A stretch of 64,000 bases of DNA. Source: an uncultured Planctomycetaceae bacterium (GTDB lineage: Bacteria; Planctomycetota; Phycisphaerae; SM23-33). Every line of letters starts with the position of its first letter. Positions within the stretch are counted from its first letter, which is position 1. Positions 57,036 to 64,000 of the stretch are shown here, one piece after another. The notes below the pieces were generated by a model that ran no database searches, was not told the DNA's origin, and saw only the letters and a list, made by a program, of their open reading frames with translations. The position numbers were made by a program, and so were the translations under genes. The stretch is taken from assembly GCA_964557575.1 (NCBI GenBank), contig CAZLBC010000012.1, positions 17,400-81,399 of the forward strand, in the 5' to 3' direction.

Positions 57036-58514
57036 CTACGAAAATGACGTTACCATCCACTTGATCCAGCCGAGGTGCCATCCCAGTACCGTTCCGACCG
57101 TCATCACTATCGCGCCGATCAGCATGGTCAGCATGAGCAACGCCTTGCCGATGTCCTGGCCGCGAAGACTGCCGAGCAGTTTCGGCTCCCGGGACAGGTA
57201 CGCCGAGGCGGCGTAGAGTTCCTCGCCGATAAGCGTGTAATCGCACGTGGTGATAAAAAACGGCAGTTGGGTAAAGGCGTCCGTACCGGCCACCTGGATC
57301 GCGCCGGTCGAGGCGCCCGTCTCGGAGAGCAGCAGCGACTCGGCGTAGAAATGCCCCAGCATGAAAACAGCGGCGGGCTGCTCGCGCACCATCCTGCCGG
57401 CGACCGCGGCGACGTAGCTGAACTGGTCGAACGCCGACAGCGTGACGTCGTCCGGATCGTACGCGTCGGGCCGGCCGGCCTCGGTATACGCCTGCTGCAC
57501 CACCTCCTGGGTGACCGCCGTGACAACCGGATCCATGTTCAGTACCTGAACCCGCGTGTCGTAGTCGGCGGCCCGGCGGGCGACGCGCGAGAGGATGTTC
57601 ATCGAGGCGATCGTGGCGCGGTGCTCGAGAATTTCGATCCCGGGGATGTAAAAAACACCGCGTCCCATTTCCGTTGCGCGGCCGATGGCCTCCTCGACGG
57701 CCTCCAGGCCCGGTATCCGCCTGATGTAGAGGTTCGGATTGCGGCGGGCGATCTGGATAAAGGCCATGACCGCGGCGCTGATCAGGACGGCGAAAAACAG
57801 GTTATTGAGCTTGAACCACTTGAAGTAGTTGACCCTCGCGCCCGCGCCGGCGAGAACGAGGGGCGCCCCGTCCCGTTTCACGTACACCGTATCGTCATCC
57901 GACGCCACGGCAAGTCGGAAATACAACGGTGATGTATTGAGATCCCGTTCTATTTCCTTGTGCATTTCCTTTTTTTTCTTTTCCAGCCACCCCTTCAATG
58001 TCTTGGACATATCCTCTTCGGCCCGTTGCCGTTCGCCGTCCGTCAGGAACCGCGCCATCGCCTCCTGCATGGTCGGTTCCGGCGGGATAAAGAGTTCCGC
58101 CGGCTTGATTTCGGCGACGTAAAAACACTCGTTCTCCTTGTAGAAACCGTAGTACTTCATGTTTGCGGACTTAAGCGACCCCGGGACCGGTTTTACCTCG
58201 ACGGTCTTGAAATTGTCCGCGTCGAAGTCTTCCGGCGCCCGCGCCACTTCGAGCACGTACCGAAACCCGGCCGGCGCGTCTTCTGCCGGGACCGCCTCGA
58301 CCGTGTCTTCTTTTTTCCCCGCCGTCTTCACCGTCGCCGCCCATTCCACGGTAATCGTGTCGCCCCGATCACTGGGCCGGTCGTAGGCCCTGAACGAATC
58401 CGGATCGGGAAGGAGGTCCGCGAGGTCGGCCCCGCGGGACATACACACCGGGCCGAGCAGCAAAAGGATCGCCGCAAGAACCAAACCGGTTGTTCCATGC
58501 CTTCCCGGCCTCAT
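57036..58514 (-). CDS. DUF6754-domain membrane protein with an N-terminal exported FnIII-like domain
   Basis: Signal peptide; A.D.P.D.G..I.V.W; C-half IRRIPGLEAVEEAIGRATEMGR, FYAESLLL.E.G, QLPFF...CDYTLIGEELYAASAYLS; ATGA overlap. Confidence 0.82.
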   Translation of the reverse strand: MRPGRHGTTGLVLAAILLLLGPVCMSRGADLADLLPDPDSFRAYDRPSDRGDTITVEWAATVKTAGKKEDTVEAVPAEDAPAGFRYVLEVARAPEDFDADNFKTVEVKPVPGSLKSANMKYYGFYKENECFYVAEIKPAELFIPPEPTMQEAMARFLTDGERQRAEEDMSKTLKGWLEKKKKEMHKEIERDLNTSPLYFRLAVASDDDTVYVKRDGAPLVLAGAGARVNYFKWFKLNNLFFAVLISAAVMAFIQIARRNPNLYIRRIPGLEAVEEAIGRATEMGRGVFYIPGIEILEHRATIASMNILSRVARRAADYDTRVQVLNMDPVVTAVTQEVVQQAYTEAGRPDAYDPDDVTLSAFDQFSYVAAVAGRMVREQPAAVFMLGHFYAESLLLSETGASTGAIQVAGTDAFTQLPFFITTCDYTLIGEELYAASAYLSREPKLLGSLRGQDIGKALLMLTMLIGAIVMTVGTVLGWHLGWIKWMVTSFS

Positions 58515-59635
58515 GACTCTATTGCCTCCAGGTTCGCGCGGGGGATCGTGACCATCTCCCCGCCGGGCAGTGCCAGTGTCGCCACGCGGACCTTCGCCTC
58601 GCTCTCGACCGCCACGGCCTCCGGCGGAAGGGACGCAACCGCACCGATGCGGCCGAAACCCGGTTCGCGAATGATGCGGACGCGACTGCCCACGGTCAAG
58701 CCGTCCGCCGCGTTCTTCTCGCCGCCGCCCGAGCCGCCGTCGTCCTCCGCCGGCATGACGATCTCCGGCCTGAGGACGCCGGCACGGATCTGGGTGGCGC
58801 CGTTGGCCGACGCGACCGTTCCCGCCCGGGACGCCAGGAGCCGGTAGGTCGCTTCCGCCATGGCGATGTGTCCGAACCCCTCGGTGACGATCAGTATCGG
58901 GCTGATCTTTTCGTGACCGGTTATCGCCACGCCCAGGTCGTATCCGAGCAGTTCCCGCAGGTCGCTGTCGTTGAACCCCCCGCATATGATAGCGGCGACG
59001 CCCGCTTCAGAGGCCCGCCGATATACATCGCCCGTCACGAGAGAGCCGGCGACAGCGATTTTTCCGTCAAGGTCCCCGGTAATATCATCCGTCGTCACGA
59101 CCGCATCGGGGCCGTCGGCGACGACGGCGATCTCGCCGTTCACCTCCCCGCCGACGCCCAGTATGCCCTGGATAAAGGCGCCGCGGGTCTCCACCACAAC
59201 TCCCTCGTTCGGTATCACCTTGATGACGACCCCGTCCATGTAGGCCGTCGTCTGGACCGGCCGGGGCGGCGTGCGCAGAATAACCTGGCCGGTCACCGCG
59301 GATACCGTCTCGATCGTCCCCGCTATCGGCGAGGCGACGGTGGTCCGGAACCACCGGATAAGCGGGCGGGTCTCGGCGATGACCTCCCCTTCGTCGACGG
59401 CGTCGCCTTCCTTCTTCAGCAGGAGGCGCTTGATATCGGAGGCCTGGACGCCGAGCCGGTTGACCAGGTTCACCGTCGCCACGTCGCCGGGCAGCTTCGC
59501 ACGGGCGACGATATCACCGGCCGACACCCGCGTTCCCTCTTCGACGAGGACGTCACCGGCGATGGGCAGCCGCCGCTGCTTCCGTATCACGGTGTTCTCG
59601 GTCACCTTCAGTCCCGGCGTATAGGCGTGTGCCAT
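58511..59635 (-). CDS. Soluble protein with barrel-sandwich-hybrid-like motifs and C-terminal KOW-like domain (GlmL-like operon)
   Basis: MAHAYTPGLKV; GDVLVEEGTRVSAGDIVA; KKEGDAVDEGEVIAE..SPIAGTI; TEGFG; TQIRAGVLRPE; VGSRVRIIREPGFGRIGAV. Confidence 0.82.
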   Translation of the reverse strand: MAHAYTPGLKVTENTVIRKQRRLPIAGDVLVEEGTRVSAGDIVARAKLPGDVATVNLVNRLGVQASDIKRLLLKKEGDAVDEGEVIAETRPLIRWFRTTVASPIAGTIETVSAVTGQVILRTPPRPVQTTAYMDGVVIKVIPNEGVVVETRGAFIQGILGVGGEVNGEIAVVADGPDAVVTTDDITGDLDGKIAVAGSLVTGDVYRRASEAGVAAIICGGFNDSDLRELLGYDLGVAITGHEKISPILIVTEGFGHIAMAEATYRLLASRAGTVASANGATQIRAGVLRPEIVMPAEDDGGSGGGEKNAADGLTVGSRVRIIREPGFGRIGAVASLPPEAVAVESEAKVRVATLALPGGEMVTIPRANLEAIES

Positions 59636-61482
59636 CAGGCATTCCCCCCCGCGGCCCGCGGATAGGCGTCCAGGGCGGCGGTCCATTCCGCGACGATTGC
59701 GCTCCTGTTTTCCGCGGGAATATCGATCGGCCGCCCGCGGCCGTCGAGCACCAGTCCCACGACGCCGCCGTGTACCACCGCCGTAATCTCCCGGCCACGG
59801 CCTCCTCCCAGGTCTATACCGCGGCCGGGACGGAGCACGATGTCGGCCGCCTGCCCCGGGGACAGCGTCTCCAGGACGATCCCGCCGCAATCGACGCTGC
59901 CGCCGCAAACCGCGCCGTCGATCCGCAGTTCGTAGTCGAAACAGAGCCGCCCGGGCTTCCCGGCGTTCAGCGGGGACACGCAGGTCCCCAGGTAGATCAG
60001 GCAGTCGCGCTCGAACACCTGCGTCGCCGCCGCCTCGTTGACTTCCGCCAGGACACCGAGGTGCGGCATCATGAAGATGCTGTCGACGCAGATCCGGGTG
60101 ATCCCCTCCGGCTGGAAGGCGTCAACGAGCATCATCATCGCCTGGCTCCGGCGGGGGGCGTGCGACAAGACGCCGCCGCTGCCCACGAGCATGTCCAGCC
60201 GGACCATCTCTATAAGGGTTTCGCCGCTCTCGGATTCGTCAAAGGCCTCGGACACCGTCCGGACCCGCTGGACGCCCTTGAGGCCAACGGCGAGCTGCTT
60301 GTGCTGCACAAATGCCAGGCGGAGGGCCTCCCGCGCGATCGCCTGTTCGATCTTCAGTTCTTCCAGCAGTTGGGGGATCGTCGTCGGCCGGATCATCTTG
60401 TTCTTGATCCGGTTCCTGAGGCCGCCTTCGTCTATGTCGAACGGCACCCAGCGGAGAATGTTTTCGAGACCGGCCTCGGCCAGGACGTTGGAGATCGAGT
60501 AGCTCATGCCCAGGTTTGCGCTGACCGAGCGGTTGAACACGCGTTCGGCGGGTATCTCGGGGTTATCTTCTTCCCCTTCTTTCGCGGCGAAATCGGAAAA
60601 GACGTCCGTTGTCGCGCCCCCGATATCGACACCCACGATGTTCAGGTCCCGGGTGCGGGCGATCCGCCGAATGATATTTCCCACGGCGGCGGGCGTCGGC
60701 ATGATCGGTGACCCCACCCATTCCATCAGCGTCGGGTAGCCGGGCGCCTGGGCCATCACGTGCTTGAGAAACAGGTCGTGAATCTCTTCCCGGGCGGGGC
60801 CGAGGTTTTCCCGTTCGAGGATGGGCCGGATATTGTCGGTGATGTGCAGTTCCGCCGTGTCGCCGAGCGCCTTTTTGACTTCGTCGCGAGCCTCGACGTT
60901 GCCGGCGTACACGACGGGCACCGTGAAGGAACTGCCGAGACGGGGCCGAGGATTGGCCGCGGCGAGGAACTCCGCGAGTTCCACCACGTGCCTGACCGTG
61001 CCGCCGTCGGTGCCCCCCGAGAGGAGAACCATGTCAGGGCGGAGCGTGCGGATCTGCTCGATCTTCTCGTGGGGGGCCCGCTTGTCGTTGCTGGCCAGCA
61101 CGTCCATCACGATGGCGCCGGCGCCCAGCGCGGCGCGCTGCGCGCTTTCAGCGGTCATCGTCGTCACCACCCCCGCCACCATCATCTGGAGTCCGCCGCC
61201 GGCGCTGCTGGTGGAGATGTAGATATCGACCCCCGCCGCGTCCCGCGCGGGGGTGATGATCCGCTCGCCATCGAGAATCCGCCGGCCGGAGAGTTCCTCC
61301 AGTTCCGTCACGGCGTTCAACACCCCCCGGGTGACGTCCTCGAACGGCGCTTCGACCGTCGTCGGGGCCTCGCCGCGAAACGTCTGCCGGTATCCCTCGT
61401 CTTTCTTCTCGATCAGAATGGCCTTGGTCGTCGTCGATCCGCAATCGGTCGCCACGATGACCTTCAGGTCCGCCGGGTTCAT
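59635..61482 (-). CDS. GlmL/MutL-like ASKHA (actin-fold) ATPase
   Basis: DCGSTTTK phosphate-1, SSAGGGL, LSGGTDGG, MPTP.AV, VDIGGATTDVFS phosphate-2, GSGGVLSH adenosine motif. Confidence 0.88.
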   Translation of the reverse strand: MNPADLKVIVATDCGSTTTKAILIEKKDEGYRQTFRGEAPTTVEAPFEDVTRGVLNAVTELEELSGRRILDGERIITPARDAAGVDIYISTSSAGGGLQMMVAGVVTTMTAESAQRAALGAGAIVMDVLASNDKRAPHEKIEQIRTLRPDMVLLSGGTDGGTVRHVVELAEFLAAANPRPRLGSSFTVPVVYAGNVEARDEVKKALGDTAELHITDNIRPILERENLGPAREEIHDLFLKHVMAQAPGYPTLMEWVGSPIMPTPAAVGNIIRRIARTRDLNIVGVDIGGATTDVFSDFAAKEGEEDNPEIPAERVFNRSVSANLGMSYSISNVLAEAGLENILRWVPFDIDEGGLRNRIKNKMIRPTTIPQLLEELKIEQAIAREALRLAFVQHKQLAVGLKGVQRVRTVSEAFDESESGETLIEMVRLDMLVGSGGVLSHAPRRSQAMMMLVDAFQPEGITRICVDSIFMMPHLGVLAEVNEAAATQVFERDCLIYLGTCVSPLNAGKPGRLCFDYELRIDGAVCGGSVDCGGIVLETLSPGQAADIVLRPGRGIDLGGGRGREITAVVHGGVVGLVLDGRGRPIDIPAENRSAIVAEWTAALDAYPRAAGGNA

Positions 61483-61808
61483 TCGGCCGCCTCCCCGGTC
61501 GCGCCGTCGACCCCGGCGGTTTCAATGGCGTCTATCAGCGCGTCGATTCCTTCCCGCCTTTCGAGAATCTGCGCGACGCGATCGTATTCATCGGGGTTGA
61601 ATATCACATCGGCGAACCGCCGAAAGAACACCATCGCCTGACTGCCGACGTAATTCAGGGGCTTCGCGGAGTGCAGGAACAGGACCGCGGGCAGGCGCAG
61701 TCTGCGCTTGACGACCCATGAGGCAAGGCGCGTGAGCAACTGGCGGTCCTCCGCGGTGAGGGGGCCATGCGGGCTTTCCAGCGAAAACGCGTGGCGCAGC
61801 CCGTCCAT
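61479..61808 (-). CDS. Small conserved-looking hypothetical protein (GlmL-like operon; start may be up to 61859)
   Basis: A..VV.RRL..PAVLFL.S.KPLNY.GSQ.M.F, LE.REG...L...IE; stop overlaps the ATPase start (ATGA). Confidence 0.75.
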   Translation of the reverse strand: MDGLRHAFSLESPHGPLTAEDRQLLTRLASWVVKRRLRLPAVLFLHSAKPLNYVGSQAMVFFRRFADVIFNPDEYDRVAQILERREGIDALIDAIETAGVDGATGEAAE

Positions 61809-61812
61809 GAAT

Positions 61813-62259
61813 CTACGAAATCTGGGACTTGTTTCTGACAAAACGCAGTACCTTTTCACCGTTTCCGTTCGAAAACCTCAGAAACACGCCGCGAAAGGGA
61901 TCGAGGCGCGACGGCCGCTCAAACGGCGAGAGAAAAACACCCCGCGGCCCTTCGCAGACACGCTTGACCCGGTCCCATCCGACGGTACGGGACTGTCCGA
62001 GAAAGCGGACGGTAATGCCCCTCCCGTCGAGGGTGTACACCGTCGCGATACAGTACCGGCCGAGCGACACGGCCAGCAGGGCGGCCGCCAGCAGCGCGTA
62101 GCCCGCGCCGCCGAATACCGTACCGACCGCCGCGCTGGCCGCGAGAAAAGCGGCTATAAACAGAATCGATCGCGGGAAATCATCGGCCAGCGGGCGGGAA
62201 CGCCAGAGCAATCGCTCCTGAAATGCTCCGGTTCCGTCTCTTCCGGATCCATCGGACAT
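61813..62259 (-). CDS. Two-TM membrane protein with PH-like C-terminal domain (first gene of the operon)
   Basis: Hydrophobic hairpin, then T.Y.L...GI.V......R...W..V.R and LSPF..PSRLD.FRG. Confidence 0.7.
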   Translation of the reverse strand: MSDGSGRDGTGAFQERLLWRSRPLADDFPRSILFIAAFLAASAAVGTVFGGAGYALLAAALLAVSLGRYCIATVYTLDGRGITVRFLGQSRTVGWDRVKRVCEGPRGVFLSPFERPSRLDPFRGVFLRFSNGNGEKVLRFVRNKSQIS

Positions 62260-62265
62260 GCGGAG

Positions 62266-62294
62266 ATAATACCAGCGAAATTCCCCCTTGGCAA
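62266..62294 (-). promoter_or_regulatory. Sigma70-type promoter giving a probable leaderless transcript
   Basis: Minus strand TTGCCA-17 nt-TATTAT (TG-extended), 6 nt before ATG 62259; no SD. Confidence 0.6.
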
Positions 62295-62431
62295 ACCAAA
62301 ACCATCGCGATCGCCGCACCGACTCACTGTCAAAAATAACATGCCGACCTGTCGTTTTCTCCATGGAAGCCGGCCCGTATCGGTTTTAGAATTCACGGTG
62401 AACATTCCGCGCAGATCCCGGGAGCCATGTC

Positions 62432-64000
62432 ATGTCGAATAAACGCAATCACACGGCGGTGTACGGCGCGAAGGCGTGCCTGATGCTGATACTCTTCGCA
62501 CCGGCACTCCCCTGCCGAGCCCACCCGGCAATCACGGCGGGCCTGGCGGTCTCGCCGTACGACCGCCAGGTCTCGGCGCAACTGAAGCAACTGTCCGCCG
62601 ATGATCCGGACGATCGCGCGGCCGCGGCGGAGTCCCTCGGCTACCTGCGGGCGTACCGGGCCGCCGATGCCATCGCGGCAGTGCTGCAGAATGAATCGCC
62701 GGCCGTCCGCCGGGAAGCCGCCATGTCCCTCGGCTGGTGCGGGGAAAGAAAACACGTTTCGGCGCTGCTGGCGATGCTCGACGACCCGGAGTGGACCGTG
62801 GCCCAGGCGGCGTGGGCGGCGCTGACCAATATCACCGGCATGGAATTCCCCTTCGACGCGCTGGATCGCGGCACCCGCCAAAAACAGGCGGAAAAATGGC
62901 GCACCTGGTGGGCGTCGGTCCCCGCCGACCGGCCGCCGGCGGCGGTCCTGGCACTCCTGTCGGGCGCGAGAAAACCGACGGGCGTACTGACGGCCCGGTC
63001 GGCCGCGGTCACCAGTGTCTACAAGGGATCGGCGGAAATACTGATCGACGGTGCCACCGGCGGCGCATTCTGGCAGACGAAGAACGTCGGCTTTCCGCAG
63101 TCCTGCACGATCGACATGGGCCGGACCGTCGCATTCCGCTGCGTGGTCGTGCACCAGCACCGGATCGAGGCGATGCACATGACCGATTTCGCCCTCCTCG
63201 TCGGCGACGACGGCGAAACGTTCAAGGAACTGTGCCGAAAGAAGGGCCCGACGCCCGCGCAACTGGTCATCCCGCTTCCGCCCACCCGGGCGCGGTATAT
63301 CCGCATCACCGCGTACGCGACGGGAAACAGCACCTACCCCACCACCTTTCACGAAGTCGCGGTGCGGGAAAAACCCCCGCCGGCCGAGTCAACCGGCAGG
63401 GCCGATCCGGAGGGGGATACGAACTACCGGATCGAACGGGGCCTGCGGGCGCTGGGTGCGCTGGGGGGGGAGGGGGCCGCGGAGGACGTCCGGGAGATCA
63501 TCCGCCCCTGGGCGGGACGGACGACCGGCAGGGACGCCGAGAAACGGCTGGTCCAGGCCGGCATCCGCGCCCTCGGCCGCCTCGGGGGGCCGGGTGCGCT
63601 GGAACTGCTGACCTCTTTTCTCGACAATCCTCACTGGTCCGTGTACGCCGCCGACGCCATGGGGGATCTCGGCGACCCGGCCGCGGCGGCAATCCTCATC
63701 GGTGCGTACCCGGCGTACGCCAAGACGCTGAAACGGGGAAACCCGCAGAAGGCGCCGCGCTACGACCGGCCGGGGCTGTCGCCCATCGACCGCATGTACG
63801 CCACGCCGTACGCCATCTGCCACGCCCTCTGCCGGATTTCCCTCGACCGGCCGGGGATAACCGAAAAGCTGCGCACCATCGCGCCCCTGATCGTCGCCAA
63901 CGTCCCCGGGGACTACGACGGGGCGATGCTCTACGAACCGGAGGCGTGCCGCCTGGCATCCGCGTACCTCCTCGAAAAGGCGGGGCTGCGGCAGGCGGTC
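62432..64000 (+). CDS. Secreted HEAT-repeat protein with F5/8 type C (discoidin)-like domain; runs off the window end
   Basis: GGAG then ATG 62432; MSNKRNHTAVYGAKACLMLILFAPALPCRA signal; RAAAAESLG, VRREAAMSLG; LIDG..W....PQSCTIDMG..ARYIRIT; no stop seen, so absent from the ORF track. Confidence 0.8.
   Translation, partial: MSNKRNHTAVYGAKACLMLILFAPALPCRAHPAITAGLAVSPYDRQVSAQLKQLSADDPDDRAAAAESLGYLRAYRAADAIAAVLQNESPAVRREAAMSLGWCGERKHVSALLAMLDDPEWTVAQAAWAALTNITGMEFPFDALDRGTRQKQAEKWRTWWASVPADRPPAAVLALLSGARKPTGVLTARSAAVTSVYKGSAEILIDGATGGAFWQTKNVGFPQSCTIDMGRTVAFRCVVVHQHRIEAMHMTDFALLVGDDGETFKELCRKKGPTPAQLVIPLPPTRARYIRITAYATGNSTYPTTFHEVAVREKPPPAESTGRADPEGDTNYRIERGLRALGALGGEGAAEDVREIIRPWAGRTTGRDAEKRLVQAGIRALGRLGGPGALELLTSFLDNPHWSVYAADAMGDLGDPAAAAILIGAYPAYAKTLKRGNPQKAPRYDRPGLSPIDRMYATPYAICHALCRISLDRPGITEKLRTIAPLIVANVPGDYDGAMLYEPEACRLASAYLLEKAGLRQAV

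Noticed and set aside
59635-61482. Calling the locus a glutamate mutase operon, or the gene DNA-repair mutL
   Set aside because: No GlmS/GlmE or B12-binding subunit is recognisable; the protein is ASKHA-fold, not the GHKL mismatch-repair MutL.
1-64000. CRISPR arrays, tRNA/rRNA genes, transposases, integrases, prophage genes
   Set aside because: No regularly spaced repeats, cloverleaf signatures or mobile-element protein motifs were found by eye.

Overview
GC-rich bacterial window. The gene content (HEAT-repeat and DUF4159 proteins, a DUF1559-like prepilin, DUF2617, a eukaryote-type Ser/Thr kinase, a PDZ-containing MsbA) points to the PVC superphylum, probably a Planctomycetota/Phycisphaerae member; this is inference. 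Recognisable housekeeping genes include gltA, a split class I fumarase, trxA, trpD, topA, hemA, pabB, tmk, holB and mfd, plus a CUT2 sugar ABC system and an LPS-core cluster. No rRNA, tRNA, CRISPR array or transposase was seen. The best candidate for an undescribed system is a tightly coupled 8-gene minus-strand operon at 54.7-62.3 kb. It combines a GlmL/MutL-like ASKHA ATPase (no B12 mutase in the window), a barrel-sandwich-hybrid/KOW protein, a DUF6754 protein and several membrane proteins, and has its own leaderless promoter and terminator. The second candidate is two tiny ORFs missed by the ORF track (43 and 32 aa), each almost entirely a class III prepilin signal, bracketing a prepilin/Zn-ribbon/basic-peptide/kinase locus. 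Two unusual fusions are also present: permease-binding protein and SirC-CcsA. All family calls come from reading motifs by eye; no searches were run.
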